Source: Carcharhinus longimanus
Taxonomy: Eukaryota
Direction: 5' to 3'
NCBI GenBank assembly: GCA_030264375.1
Contig: JASCQW010000139.1
Span: forward strand, 34,644,076-34,708,075
DNA length: 64,000 bases
A program made the translations under genes and the position numbers. This document shows, one piece after another, positions 51,160-64,000 of this stretch (its first letter is position 1; the number at the start of each line of letters is the position of its first letter). The notes beneath the pieces are model-generated. The model did no database searches, was not told the DNA's origin, and was given only the letters and a program-made list of their open reading frames with translations.

Positions 51160-53522
51160 TAGCTGGCTGAGAATGAATTTTTTGAGGTGAACAAATGTAT
51201 AGATAAGGGTAGTTGAGTCAATGTAGTTTATATGGATTTCAGCTAAGCCTTTGGACAAGGTCCCACGTGGGAGACTTATAAAGAAAGTAAATTCACATGG
51301 ATACAGGGTGATTTTATAGATTCAAAATTGTCTCCGTTTTAGGAGACAGCATGACACCAGAAGACTGCTTTAGTGACTGGAAGCCAGTGCCCAGGGTGTA
51401 TCACAACAATCTGTGTTGGAGACTGTTGATGAGGTAACCAGTACTGTCAGGAAAACTTAGACAATACGTGACTCACAAAGTCAGCGTTTTCTAATATAAA
51501 AAATTAACTTTATTAAACTAGCAAGTGTCAGGAGATCAAAGGGTTAAGTGGCTCTGGCATAGAGCGACAGAATCTCTCCGATGATTAAACTAATATGGAG
51601 GGGGGGTGGGGAGGTTGACGGAACTGGGATTGGAGATAGGGTAAGCCCGGAGGGTAGGAAGAAGGATCGGATTGTTTCTGAGGGTCTTCGGTGNNNNNNN
51701 NNNNNNNNNNNNNNNNNNNNNNNNNNNNNNNNNNNNNNNNNNNNNNNNNNNNNNNNNNNNNNNNNNNNNNNNNNNNNNNNNNNNNNNNNNNNNGGGACGG
51801 CGGCGTGGGCTCGTTGGGCCGAAGGGCCTGTTTCCCGTGCTGTGTTGTTCTTTGTTCTTTGTTCTTTGATTCTTAATGATGCATTCAAAAAACTGATCAA
51901 TTATAGATTTTTCTTATCAATCATTTCCGCCTTACAATAACTTAAAATCAATCATCTTCAGGAAACACAAATCAATAATAATACCTGTCAAATACAAATC
52001 ACATTTCATTCCTCAACATAATAGTATTTTATTAGTCCATGAAATCCAGAAGCTAACTCCTGTTTTGACTCACCTCCCTACCCTTGTTGCCTGGAAACCT
52101 AAGATGCCTAGCCCAGAGTTCAAATTATGTTCCCATGAGTTCCCTTAGAGTTCACTGTCTGACCAAACTCGTGACATCACATCTGGGCACCAGTCCATCT
52201 TGCCTAAACAGTGAATTAGCCTTATTCATCAATTATGATGAAGTGTTCTTCCATCTGAAAATTTTAGCTGATAAATCTTGCATATTTCCAAGGTTCAAAT
52301 ATTCTCTTGAAATATGACTTCATCCTAATGATCTTTACCATGATGCTTTGTGGTAAAATGCTTTTAAGACCAAAGTGTACAATATTCTTTAAACTGAATT
52401 ATAATACATTTAAAATATCAGCACTTATGTTTCACAGTCATAATCATTTATTTGAATTAATTACCACATCTCATATGTAAATTGTCACTTGTTAGCTTAT
52501 TTTAAAGTCATTTAACTGAATGCTTCTAATTCTGTCAGTGCCTTAATGTATACTGAGCTTAAAAAATCTCACTAATCTTATTACCCCACTTCAGGCCCCC
52601 TATTATTTGTCATTTACATCAATGACATTGATGACTAAGTGAGGGGTAGGATTAGTAAGTTTGTGGGCTGGATAGTTAACAGTGAGGCCGAGTGTTTTGG
52701 GCTACAGGAAGATATAGATGGAATGGTCAAATGGGCAAAAAAATGGCAGATGGAATGTAACCCTGAAAGATGTGAGGTAATGCACTTTGGAAGGAATAAT
52801 TTGACAAAGTACTTAATGAATGGTAGACACTAGGAAGTTCTATAGAACAAAGGGACCTTTGGCATGTTTGTCCATAGATTTCTGAAAGCAGAAGTGTATG
52901 TTAGTAGGGTGGTGAAAAAGGCCTAATGGGACATTTGCCTTTGTCAATCGAGACATAGATTACAAAAGCAGGGAAGTCATGTTGGAGTTGTATAGAACTT
53001 TGGTGAAGCCACATCTAGAATACTGTGTGTAGTTCTGGTCACTACATTGTCAGAAGCATGTGTCGGCACTGGAGGGGGTGCAGAGGAGATTTACAGGCTG
53101 CTGCCTGCGATGGAACATTTAAGTTATGAAGAAAGATGGGATAGGCTTGGGTTGTTGTCATTGGAGCAGAGAAGACTGAGGGGCAACTTGATCAAGGTGT
53201 ACAAGATTATGAGAGACATTTAGTTGAAGGGTCAGTTATGAGGGGACATAGGTTCAAGGTGAGGGGCAGGAGGTTTTGGGGGGGGGATTTGAGGAAAAGC
53301 TTTTTCACCCAGCAGATGGTGACAGTCTGGAATGTGGTCTCTGGGAGGGTGGTAGAGGCAGGTTGCCTCACATCCTTTAAAAAGTATCTTGGCACATCAT
53401 AACATTCAGTGCTATGGGCCAAGTGCTGGTTGATGGGATTAGATGGGAGTTCAGGTCTTTCTAATATGTCAGTGTGGACTCGATGGGCTGAAGGGCCTCT
53501 TCTGTGCTGTATGATTCTATGA
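51160..53522 (+). mobile_element. Decayed CR1 LINE split by a 1.17-kb insertion
   Basis: RT sequence ...GGTGTATCACAACAATCTGTGTTGGAGAC breaks at 51423 and resumes GGCCCCCTATTATTTGTCATTTACATCAATGAC at 52594; tail ends TGTATGATTCTATGAT. Confidence 0.85.
51424..52593 (-). mobile_element. Putative solo LTR containing a nested CR1-tailed element
   Basis: TG...CA ends with an imperfect inverted repeat (TGTTGATGAGGTAA / TTACCCCACTTCA) and a minus-strand AATAAA near 51510. Nested element at about 51540-51873 ends in (TTTGTTC)n. Confidence 0.55.
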
Positions 53523-54364
53523 TGAGGTGAAGTCATACTGCTGCCTGATAATGCTGATTGGCTGATCACTCCACAGGTCTTCTCAAGCAAGGAAAGTGAG
53601 CAAGAGCTCTGGAGAGAGTGTTGAGAAGGGTGGCACACAGGAAGCATCAAGAATTGGGCAATTGAGACGAGGTCAAGAAGACTTGTGGAGTGTGTTGGTG
53701 TCAGGAAGGCCACCAAATAGGATGCTGCCACCTCGTAACTGATTCCTCCTGAGGTAAAGTATCCAAACTTTGTGGGCCCAGGGTGGGGAGTGAATCTATG
53801 TTGGTGTGCGTGAGGCCAGGATGTGGGACCTAGTCTGTCTTTCTATAGACCTAACCCTTAAGTGAAAAGGCGAGAAAGGTTTCATTGGTGAACTCTGCTG
53901 CTTGGCATGTTTTATTAATTACTCTTTGTTTTTGAAATTATCAGTTTATTGCTTTGACATTGATTTATGTTTAATGCTGCTGCAACCTTATCTTCTTCAA
54001 AGATGTTAATCAGCCCCTCAGTGAGGAAAAAAGATTAAAATATGGATCCCTGCTCTCCTCTCTCCCCCACCCACCCATTCCCAGTGAAGAGGTTGGACAG
54101 CCTGATATCAAATTTAAATAAGTTCATATAAAAAAGTAGAAATATTTTTGAAAGTAAATAGAGTATCAGTGTGCTGAGTAAAGGTCTTTTAATAGCCAGT
54201 GGTAAGAAATTGATTCAGCTAGAAATTGGTGAGATATGGAGGAAACTGAACTATCATGGATTTATAATGATAAACTGATGAAAATATGCAACTTGTGGGA
54301 AATTAGCGAATAACATCTGCCCAGAACAGGAGTTAATCAGAACCCAGACCCTCCAGCACTCAAT

Positions 54365-54847
54365 TAAAGTGTATTTATTATTGTCACAATTGGTTTACAA
54401 TGACTGCAATGAAGTTACTGTGAAAATCCCCCAGTCGCTACATTCTGGTGCCTGTTCGAGTAAACACTGAGGGAGAATTTAGCATGACCAATGCACCTAG
54501 CCAGCTTGTCTTTCGGACTGTGGGAGGAAACCGGAGCACCCGGAGGAAACCCACGCTGACATGGGGAGACCGTACAAACTCCACAGACAGTGACCCAACC
54601 TGGAATTCAAACTCAATTTATAGTTGTTATTGATCGGTNNNNNNNNNNNNNNNNNNNNNNNNNNNNNNNNNNNNNNNNNNNNNNNNNNNNNNNNNNNNNN
54701 NNNNNNNNNNNNNNNNNNNNNNNNNNNNNNNNNNNNNNGAGAACGTACAAACTCCACAGACAGTGACCCAAACTGGAATTCAAACTCAATTTATAGTTGT
54801 TATTTATAGGTGCTGTGAGGCAGCAGTGCTAACCACTGTGCTGCCCT
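54365..54847 (-). mobile_element. HE1-like V-SINE (tail B), with a gap and duplicated gap flanks
   Basis: Same body as 1817-2112; 54571-54631 is repeated at 54744-54804. Confidence 0.85.
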
Positions 54848-54879
54848 GTTGAAACATTAATTTGCACCCTTCCATTTGA

Positions 54880-55282
54880 TACAGTTGCATCCTGGACATA
54901 AAGCAATGGGGGGAGGGGGGCAATGGCAGTTGAGGATGATGATGATTTCATGATCCTGCATATGGGCCTGGCTAAACTTGCCATTAACAGTTCCAAGCAG
55001 CGAGTAACTGAGGGGATCATCCAATCCAATTGTCTGCCCCTCTACCGTGGCTACATTCACAACTGGGTGTGCCTGGAGAAAAGAGCATGTGGTGTCCGCA
55101 GGCACTGTTGAGGCCATAGGGCATTATAGAGACTGGAATGTTATTGACCTTTTTAATCATCTTTTGATGTTCTAAGTTTTATTTATGCTTCGATTTTGTT
55201 TCAGGAGGTTCCCCTTTAAGGAACTGCCCTTCTTGTTTTATCCCTTAGTTTATTTAATTTAGTTGATTTGCCAAAAAGAAGA
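54880..55282 (+). mobile_element. Tx1-clade (L1 group) retrotransposon 3' end relic
   Basis: Peptide GLAKLAINSSKQRVTEGIIQSNCLPLYRGYIHNWVCLEK resembles Tx1-type ORF2 C-termini; followed by a T-rich UTR and an A-rich end. Confidence 0.65.
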
Positions 55283-56918
55283 GCATAAAGCAATGATGCT
55301 AACAATCACCATTAGCATTTCACTGAGAAATAAATGTTCCTTAAGGCCGTTTAGTGCAGTTTTAGTCTCAGAAGAATCTTGTGTGGTGGGCAAAATCGCT
55401 GTTTCAGTGGAATAGGTTGCTGTTTGATTATCAGAGCTTTATGCTGCACAGCCTAGGGCAATATTGACAGGGTCTCAAACATCAAACTTCATCAAATAGT
55501 GGGGCTCATATTAAAAGAAGCTGGAATCATTTTTCCATTTAGCAACAACTGCAAGTCTAAAATGAATGCACCATGTCCGTTAGAAAAAAATGAACTAAAT
55601 AAAAGCACAGGCCCCGTCTCATAAATTCCCCCCACACTAGTTGCTGCCGAGCGAGCTAGCCTCAGCTAAGAGGGCAGTAGGAGTGGGATAATAGGCTCCT
55701 GGGCCAAATAGGGGAAAGTCGGCCAGGATCTCACTACTTTAAATGGGCAAATGTAGCATAACTCGGCTAAGAATTATAGGATCTGGATTTAATTTAAACT
55801 GTGTAACCTATTGTTTGAAATCAGCATGTTTTAGTTCCTATAGCAATGGAGCAGATACAATCAATCCTAGTTTGGAGGCTAAAGTGCACATAGTTTCTTT
55901 GTTTAGGCTGTGATACTGAAACAGTTCAATCTTCCTCTGATAGAAGTTGGCTCCATCTCTGTGGCACATCTTCAGCAAGCCAGTTGTTGTAATCTTCCCA
56001 TCTGATTGCTGAGCTTTTTTTTGTTATTTATAGTTTAACGGTTTCACGTATTGAGATAGTTCCAGTTTATTTTCTTTGGGGACCTGTGTTGCTGAGTTTA
56101 ACTGTTAATTCAGACTTTAATGTATGCACTTTCCCCTTCTACCTTCACTCCTTCCCAATCTCATACCTATTTCTGATGTCATCTGAGACATGCAACAATA
56201 ATAACCTTCACTATCTCAGGATGAAAGAATACTGCTGGGAATTTGACTTTGATATTCCTGTGTCAGTGTTGGAGTTCACATCTTTCACTCGGCCTTCTGA
56301 TCTTCATTAAGTGTGCCAACTGTTTGCTAAAGCCTGGTTCCTTCTTTGCCTCAGGCTAAACAGAAAATGCACCTTAAAGTGCCCAACAGGCCCCATTTAC
56401 TTTAGCGCCAGTCTTTCAAACCACTTGTTGTGAAGAGAAATTCTGAATCAGATTGGCATATGTTTTAAGCAAGTATTTAACAAAACTTGGCTGTTTGGTT
56501 ATCTCCTCGACCATTCTAGCAAAGATAACATCCCTGTCTCCACGGAATCTGAATGCTGCAGGCTGCATAACAGCAGTGACAACATTCAAGAGCACTGTCC
56601 AGAATTTGCTGCTCTGCTAAATAAGTCAGGCTTTTACAGCAGACATTGCTGATGTTGCCATGTACTCGATCACACTTTACCATTGTGTTCAAGGGCATCA
56701 CTGATGTTGGAATACATCTTGAATACGAGGACTCTTTAGCAACAGTGTTGTCACCTTGCAATCTACTCTATTGTATCCCAGAGACATGCTGTCGCTGTAG
56801 CAAGTCTCCATTTCAACGCCGAGGCTAGAACCTCCATTCAACTGAGAACTTTCTTCACCAATGTCCAAGTGCAACAAGCCTTTGGCTTCTCAATAACCTC
56901 ATTAATTCTCCCACATTA

Positions 56919-57222
56919 GGGCGGCATGATGGCACAGAGGTTAGCACTGCTGCTTCACAGCACCTGGGACCTGGATTCGATTCCCAGCTTGGGTCACTGT
57001 CTGAGCAGACTCTGCGCATTCTCCCCATATCTGTGTGGGATTTCTCTGCGTGCTCCGGTTTCTTCCCCGGTTCAAAAGACATGCTAGTTAGGTGTATTGA
57101 CCATACTAAATTCTCCCTCAGTGTTTTAGGACAAGAGGAATGTGGTGACTTGGAGATTTTCACAGTAATTTTGTTGAAGTGTTAATGTAAGGCTACTTGT
57201 GACACTAATAATTAAACTTTAA
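56919..57222 (+). mobile_element. Full-length HE1-like V-SINE (tail B)
   Basis: GGGCGGCATGATGGCACAGAGGTTAGCACTGCTGC (A box), GGATTCGATTCCC (B box), V-domain, and tail ...CTACTTGTGACACTAATAA. Confidence 0.88.
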
Positions 57223-57719
57223 ACATCTTTCTTCAAGGGGAGGGGTGATAAAAGTGATTCCCTATTCACGCAAGCAGAGGTTTGTTGAGCATTTTTTAAT
57301 GAAGACATTGCTTCTTTGGATGTGACATTGAGGAAGCAGCTGTAACTCCCATTCAAGTGTCAAAGGATGCTTGTAGAAAAGTAGAAAGTGATATTAATTT
57401 GCAGCTAGGGTTCTATTTGGTCACCACTGGTAATTCTGCCGGGTCAGAGCTATTTCTGACCTTCCAGATGGGGATTCCTGGACAGAGTGACTGAGTCCTG
57501 TCCCCAGGGGTGAATGGACTGTGATCCGACCAGATCTCCCTGGTCTACATTGTGGCGTGTGCAGGAGGTGCCTGCGTCCTTTGTGATGGGGAAGGGTGTT
57601 GGTGAGAAACGGTCAGGACATCAGACAGGCATACAGAGAGACAGAGCGAGAAGGCAACCTGAGCCTTGGCACAGCCAGCCCCAGTAAACAGGAGCATCGC
57701 AATCCAGCTGGCCCGGGTC

Positions 57720-57762
57720 ATGATGACCGATGAAGTTCTGCAGAAGGCGCTGCTCAGTATGG
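57720..57762 (+). CDS. Candidate first coding exon of the downstream gene (MMTDEVLQKALLSM, phase-1 donor)
   Basis: gggtcATGATG with a purine at -3, upstream in-frame TGA, consensus donor G|GTAAGT, and a GC-richer, repeat-free surround. Confidence 0.4.
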
Positions 57763-59034
57763 GTAAGTGTCCCAACTCTTTCACAGTGACTTAGTGCACT
57801 CACAGCAGCTCTCTCTAGCTCACCCCCATGTCTCTCTCTTTCTCTGTGCCGGCTTCTTCCTCCTCCGATCACAAATGACTCTGGGGACCTCGACCGCCTG
57901 TTCGAATGATCCAGACTGGGAGGTAAGAAGCTGAACTGCCTGTTGCTCATTCTCCCGAGACTAACGGTGTGGACTGGGAAACCGTTCAGGAATCCAATCT
58001 CTTTAGCAAACCAAAGAAAGATAGGCTGAATGGCCATCGTCTATACTATAACATGGGTGGGTTGGGGGAATGAGGACACTTGGCTGGATCAGATGTAAGA
58101 CTGCTTTTGCATTCCGCCCCAATTTCCTGTACGTCGTGGGCTAAAGTACCCAATCCCATGGATTTCCTGGAAGCTTCCAATCCCCCCGTTCATTCCATCA
58201 GCTTTCAGTAACATCCTGTATGTAAGCAGGATAGCCAGAGGAATCGCTCTGAAGTGCAGACTTGGAGGCAGAAGTAATGGTTAAACTGTGGACAGCAAGA
58301 TCCCACAATCATTGACTAGTTAATCTGTCTTTTGTTTGGTGGTGACAGTTAAGACTTGAACATTTCCCAGGACTCCTGCTCTAGTGCCACTAGACCTTTC
58401 ACAGCCAGTTGGGTCCAGTGAGTTTTTAAGAGTCATTCAACAGATCGCTTGGGTGGTTTTCACTGAATGCATTAGATGTTAAAGAGCCTCCAAAGCAGCC
58501 AAGATGAATGTTAAGCTGAAATGCCGATTTCATAAAATGGCATCTTGGTAAAGGAGTTGAAACCAGGGCAAAAACCCCACGTGGAAGCTTATTAAACAGC
58601 TGATTGCCTGCTAGCTCTGCTTAAAGAGTTACTGTGGCATTTTAGTAGTTAGCTAATACTTCAACCAATGCCCTTACCTTACAACAACCAGCAGTGTGGA
58701 ATGAAACGCAGCAATGATATCAATTAGAACTGCTACCTAGAGGGTTACCTGCCATTTTATGTTCACTTGCTGCTGAAATTCTAAAGGATCTCTGAAAAAC
58801 GTATCAAAACTTCATTAACACCCAAGTAACATTTATTTCATAAATTCTCTTGCGTGCTGTGCTATTCCACTTTTTAGGGGTGACAGTTTGGAGGAATGGA
58901 GAATATAAGACCAGGTAAGGCTCCCACAAGAGGAATGAGCCCCCTCAATGTCAGAGCACTCTGTATCTTCTGCAGAAATGATTACAAGGAATGCATATGC
59001 TTGCAGCAAACTTGAAAATCAAGTTGGAGGGAAA

Positions 59035-59850
59035 TTTAGCCACACAATCATAGGTGTATAAAGAATACAATAAGGGGTTGAGGACACAGCCTTGTGGGGC
59101 AGCATGTTGAGGATGATTGTGGAGGAGGTGTTGTTGCCTACCCTTACTGATTGTGGTGTGTGGGTTAGGAAGTTCAGGATCCAGTCACAGAGGGAGGAAC
59201 CAAAGCCCAGGTCACGGAGTTTGGAGATGAGTTTTGTAGGAATAATGGTATTGAAGGCTGAGCTTTAGTTAATAAATAGGAGTTTGACATAGGTCTCTTT
59301 ATTATCTAGGTTTTCCAGGGTTGAGTGCAGGGCCAGGGAGATGGCATCTGCTGTGGACCTGTTGCGGTGGTAGGTGAACTATAGTGAATCCAGGCAATCT
59401 GGGATGCTAGAATTGATTCATGCCATGACTACCCTTTCAAAGCACTTCATAATGATGGATGTCAGAGCCATTGGATGAGTCATTAAGGCACACTGCATGG
59501 CTTTTCTTTGGTGCTGGGATGATGGTCATCTTGATGCAGATAGGGACCTCAGATTTTTGTAAAGAGGGGTTGAAGATGTCTGTGAATACCTCCGCCAGCT
59601 GATCCATGCAGGATCTGACTGCTCATCTGGGTACCCCATCCGGGCCACTCGCTTTCCATGGATTGACCTTCGTGAAGACTGCTCTGACATCTGCAATGTC
59701 GACCTCAGATACAGGTTCATCCCAGGCTTGCAGAATTGAGGGCATGCTCTCACTGACCTCTTGCTCAAAATGGGCATAGAATGCATTCAGCTCATCAGAA
59801 AGGGGTGCATTGGAGCCAACGATTTTACATGTTCTTGTCTTTATCATCTT
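59035..59850 (-). mobile_element. Rex1/Babar-type LINE reverse transcriptase fragment, disrupted
   Basis: Minus-strand peptide LSDELNAFYAHFEQ...VNPWKASGPDGVP continuing to an [16 protein letters not shown]-like motif near 59050-59100. Confidence 0.85.
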
Positions 59851-62315
59851 GTCTTCATCATTCAGCTAATTTCATGCTGCTACTGTCTCTTTTATTCCAT
59901 GAGCTCAAACTTTGCTTATGTGGCACTTTATCAAATGCCTTTTGAAAGTCCATGTGCACCACATCAACAGCAATCCCCTCATCACCCGCTTTGTTACCTC
60001 ATTGTTACAATTATAAGGGCCAGAATTTCCCCCAGAAATTCTCAATGATAGTCAATGGACATTTTGCTGGATCACCAATTTTGGGTAAATTTTGGGTAAA
60101 TAAAGGGGACTTGTGACCTGTTCTATAGTCTGCCTGGTAGTAAGTCTGGGTAATTTGATTGTTAGAGACCACAGGAAAGTTTAGGTCGTTTTACTGAAAA
60201 GAAGATGAGAAGTATTGATGCTTGGAGACAATACTAACAGGCTCTACATTTTACGATGAGTGGACTCCAAGTTTTCCAAAATCCCAGAAAGCTGTTATAG
60301 GTACTGGGTTGTAAACAGTTTTGTTGTAAATGACCTATTCACTTCTAAGATGAAAGGGAGTTGGGATTAAGGATAGCCAATTAGCATTGCTACCTAAATA
60401 CAAGGTTAATGTTGCTACATATTGTCATGGGGAAGAGAAGAGAGAAAGCTATTTTTAAGATCAAATTTCAGGCTTCTCTGCTAATCCATGAATTTCTCAG
60501 ACAGTTTTTATGTGGGCAGAAGAGAAAAGGCTGCTTGTCTTTGCAATCTATCACTGCCAGATGTGGGATGCAGACATTCCCTAGTCAGAGAGACACATTC
60601 TGCAGGCATCTAAGGAATCCAAGAGATTCATCACTTCATGGCCAGTAGAAAAAGAATTATTGGAACAGGTTTGACTGCTAGTGATAGATTTAAGAACTCC
60701 CTGAAAACTGAGGAAAGCATCAGGAGACAGTTACTTAAAGTTACTACACAACAGAAAGGAGTTACAGAAATGGATTGGTAGCTGGGTGCAAATGTGTAGT
60801 GTTTACTATAAGGTCTGAAATTCCATGAAGAATGCAATAGGTGATAAATATAAAAGACAAATTTTTGGCTATATAGTTGAGAGAATAAGTTGCCTACAAA
60901 AATAAAGGAGTGTTTTTGGTCATTTGTAATAGAAAATGTGTTAAAATGTGAAATTTTTGGCTATTAATTGGAAATTTGAATTTCTTTTTTAAAATTATCA
61001 GTGCCTATTGAGATCATACCACATTATAAGCTGTAGATCAGTTTTAATCTCTCAACATGTCCACAGAACTCTGAATAGTTCATACTGGTCTGAAATTGGA
61101 ATGTCTGTATCCAAAGACATGGATGCGTAATTGGTCCTAATACCCCAATAGAACGATATCATGTCGCAAACTTGTATCTGTAATTGATATCACTATACAC
61201 AAGTTACATAAACAATATGCCTGTCTAATCAATACCCTCATTATTTGTCTTATATAGTACCCTCAAACATATCTGTAAACTCACAGATTATGTAGANNNN
61301 NNNNNNNNNNNNNNNNNNNNNNNNNNNNNNNNNNNNNNNNNNNNNNNNNNNNNNNNNNNNNNNNNNNNNNNNNNNNNNNNNNNNNNNNNNNNNNNNTAAT
61401 ATTTAATTATAATTAATGGTACCCCCATTATCCATTGTTGATAAATGTACCAGACGATGTAGGAAGCAGATGATTTAGCAAACAATTAAACTTGACAGCA
61501 TGTGCTCCATATATATTAATGATGAAATTCCCCAGAGCAGTGTTTATATTCCAGAAACCTCATCTTTAATGATGTCTGTCATTGAACTATCTCAATTCCA
61601 ACCTAGAATTCTGTCAAGTGAGGGAATGTCTCAGAGCTGCATTTCCTTATAAGCATAAAGATCAAAACAAGTTTACAGCGCCACAATTGCGAAATGCTGG
61701 AAATCTGAAATAACCACAGAAAATGCTGGAAATATCCAGTGACACAAATTGCTGAAATGTTAATTGTGTTTCTCCCTCTATAGATTCTGCCAGCATTTTC
61801 AGACTTAATTTCACCAGTTGCAGAGATTTTGTTTTGCATTGTTCGGGTGCTGCTGTTCTGTAGAAATATACCTTTAGCAGACATGTCTTCCATAATTTAC
61901 AGTGGAATGACCCCTAGTGGTTTGTAGCTCAGTCTGCAGCCACAGAAGTAAGGAGGGCACTTCATGTACATATGTAGGTGCAGGGTCATTGTCAGGCTGT
62001 TTTGAGTGAGAGATGCTTTTAAGTACAGCTCTGCTTTCCATAGCTGAATGATACTTTTTTTTTTGCAAGCTGGTGTCTTAGAATGGTCTCCTTTACAACA
62101 AAATCATTTAATGGGGAAAATTGCAACTACTCAGAGAGCAACTGTTCAAATAGTCAGGTTCATGTAATGGGTAAAATAGATTCTTTTCCCTCAGCAATCA
62201 ATTAGTTTGGGTGAGAGGCAGACTTAGAAACCAAAATACTGTACACTGAGAAGTTTCACTTTCCATTAAAACTCAATTAAAAAAGTATTTTGAATAAAAT
62301 ATTTAAAAGAATTAT

Positions 62316-62387
62316 CACCGAATGAGGGGTTCAAAACCGTGACTCTGAATTAAAAGCCTCTTCATCTGCCATCTGAACGAACCAGAC
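62316..62387 (-). pseudogene. Degenerate tRNA-Lys(UUU)-like sequence
   Basis: Reverse complement GTCTGGTTCGTTCAGATGGCAGATGAAGAGGCTTTTAATTCAGAGTCACGGTTTTGAACCCCTCATTCGGTG has tRNA length and a CTTTTAA anticodon loop, but broken stems. Confidence 0.55.
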
Positions 62388-62398
62388 TGTAGGAACGA

Positions 62399-62512
62399 GG
62401 CCTTGTGGCACAGGAGTAGCGTCCCAACTCTGGACCAGAAGCTCTGGGTTCAACTCCAACGCTAGGACTTATTGGCCAAGGAAGTTGCATTCATTAGACA
62501 GTCCAACAGACC
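62399..62512 (+). mobile_element. tRNA-derived SINE head
   Basis: GGCCTTGTGGCACAGGAGTAGCGTCC (A box-like) ... CTCTGGGTTCAACTCC (B box). Confidence 0.6.
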
Positions 62513-64000
62513 CTGAAATACTTCCCCACTATTCCCAAAGGGGATACAAGTGTGCATGTGAAGATACACTTAAAACAAAATGAAGAACTGGGATCAAAAT
62601 AGGAATTGATAGCACATCACTTGCCCAAAGAGAGATCCCAGCACAAAACCTTTCCAACTTGTTCCAATAAGTCAAAAGAAAAATATTGTTTGGTGGTTAT
62701 ATCTGCAGTACCCCTTTTGCACTACTGGACTGAGAGCAAATTGACATATAGGGTGGAATTTTTCCCATCCTGCCTGCCACACGAATTGTAACAGGTGAGG
62801 GATACGGACTGTGTGAGGGTTCATTGACCTCAGGTGGGATTTTCCAACCTCAGGGCGAGCGTGGTCAGAAAATCATGACAGATAGCCGTCATTTTGGTGG
62901 CTTCAGGGCAAGCTGAGGATGCATGCACCATTTTTCCTGATGCTTTTCTGTTTGTCGACAGGAATTACAATGCACATGTACATTCATAGACATTATCTCT
63001 TTCATTCTGTATTTTGTATCCATAATTCCTTTCTCCATTCATACCCCTGGTTTCTTTAAGTCTTCCTTTTCCCTCTGTTGTCTTGAACACCTCCCATTCT
63101 CATTTTGCCATTCTCTCTCTACAGAGTTCTCAACTCCGAAGCTCTTTCACAAACCTTTATTTTCTTTCTTCAATAAAAAAGGATGCGATAAGATGATACA
63201 AATGGGCAACTAATACCACAGTTATGTAGATTAGGTCCGGGTGTGATTCTGTTTGCATTCCATTAGGATAAGATTAAAAGATTACCTCTTTTAATCTTAT
63301 AAAATACCTCTTTCAAGCAACCTCACTTCAGATTACATCTCATCGTCCAATCATGTAATACTTGAAATTGTGCATTATTTTGAATTAGATTTCTACACTC
63401 ATTAGATAGAAAGAGGAACTCTAAAGATATCTGAATGCAGCCAGGAGAAGCAGGTCCAAAACTGGGTATGTGGTGGAAATGAGAGTATAGTTTGTGAATC
63501 TGTGCTCCTAATGTGGAATATCATATGTGAGGAGGTGCGTTTCTGGCCACGGTGCCAACAGGATTTTCCATTCAAAAACAAAGACCTCTACATCTGAATT
63601 CCCAATGTACTGTCCTGATGGGAAGGTGAGAGGAGAAACTTCACGCTTGAAATGTGAATTTATAAGATTCTCCTTTGTACTTTTGATTAAAATTCATCAG
63701 AACCTTCCTTGCTGACATCTCCGCACCAACTGAGACTTATCCAACAATAACTTTGTTTTCTATTTTGAAACATTTCAGGTAACTTCCCCAAATTGAAGGT
63801 TTAGATTTCCATCCACATTAACTTCTCTGCTTAAATAAACTCTTCTGCTCAACACTATTTTTTGCTGATTTCTAAGAGTGTGACTGTTCCTGCTAGCTCA
63901 TCCTCTATTCTTTGTGATTCCTTCATTCAGGTGCAGGTAGTACTAAGTTCAGTTACCAACATGAAAACTGATTGTAATGCCTTCCTACAGAGTTTCAATC

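Noticed and set aside
50773-51221. Overlapping 129-aa and 127-aa ORFs on opposite strands
   Set aside because: No domain motifs or splice support, and they adjoin decayed LINE sequence.
54571-54804. ~60-bp direct repeat flanking a gap within a SINE
   Set aside because: Probably an assembly or haplotype overlap, or a small collapsed tandem repeat; not interpretable.
57621-58037. 138-aa minus-strand ORF
   Set aside because: No recognisable homology and it crosses a CT-rich low-complexity tract. The plus-strand ATG and donor explain the region better.
63900-63975. Polypyrimidine tract plus CAG as a possible second exon for the 57720 candidate
   Set aside because: The phase-1 reading stops after about 13 codons and has no similarity to a known protein.

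Overview
Vertebrate genomic DNA, most likely from a shark or ray judging by its repeats (HE1-like V-SINEs, DeuSINE-like SINEs, CR1, Rex1/Babar, Tx1 and Penelope relics). It is a draft assembly with many N gaps. The + strand carries 14 coding exons of LIM domain kinase 1 (LIMK1), equivalent to human exons 3-16, from 9944 to the stop at 42944. All introns are GT-AG and the splice phases are consistent. Exons 1-2 were not found and are presumably upstream. A probable ~5 kb 3' UTR ends near the AATAAA at 47916. A candidate 43-nt first coding exon of the next gene (possibly a septin) lies at 57720-57762. Most of the rest is decayed, often nested transposable elements. The most unusual signal is a recurring pattern of locally templated DNA copying. 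Examples are a 223-bp inverted copy and a ~139-bp direct copy pasted into nearby repeats, and flank-templated duplications at the 5' junctions of two young CR1 insertions. There are also relic Penelope-type hammerhead ribozymes. No prokaryote-type system (CRISPR, operon) is present. Repeat family names and comparisons to human LIMK1 come from recalled sequence and have not been database-checked.
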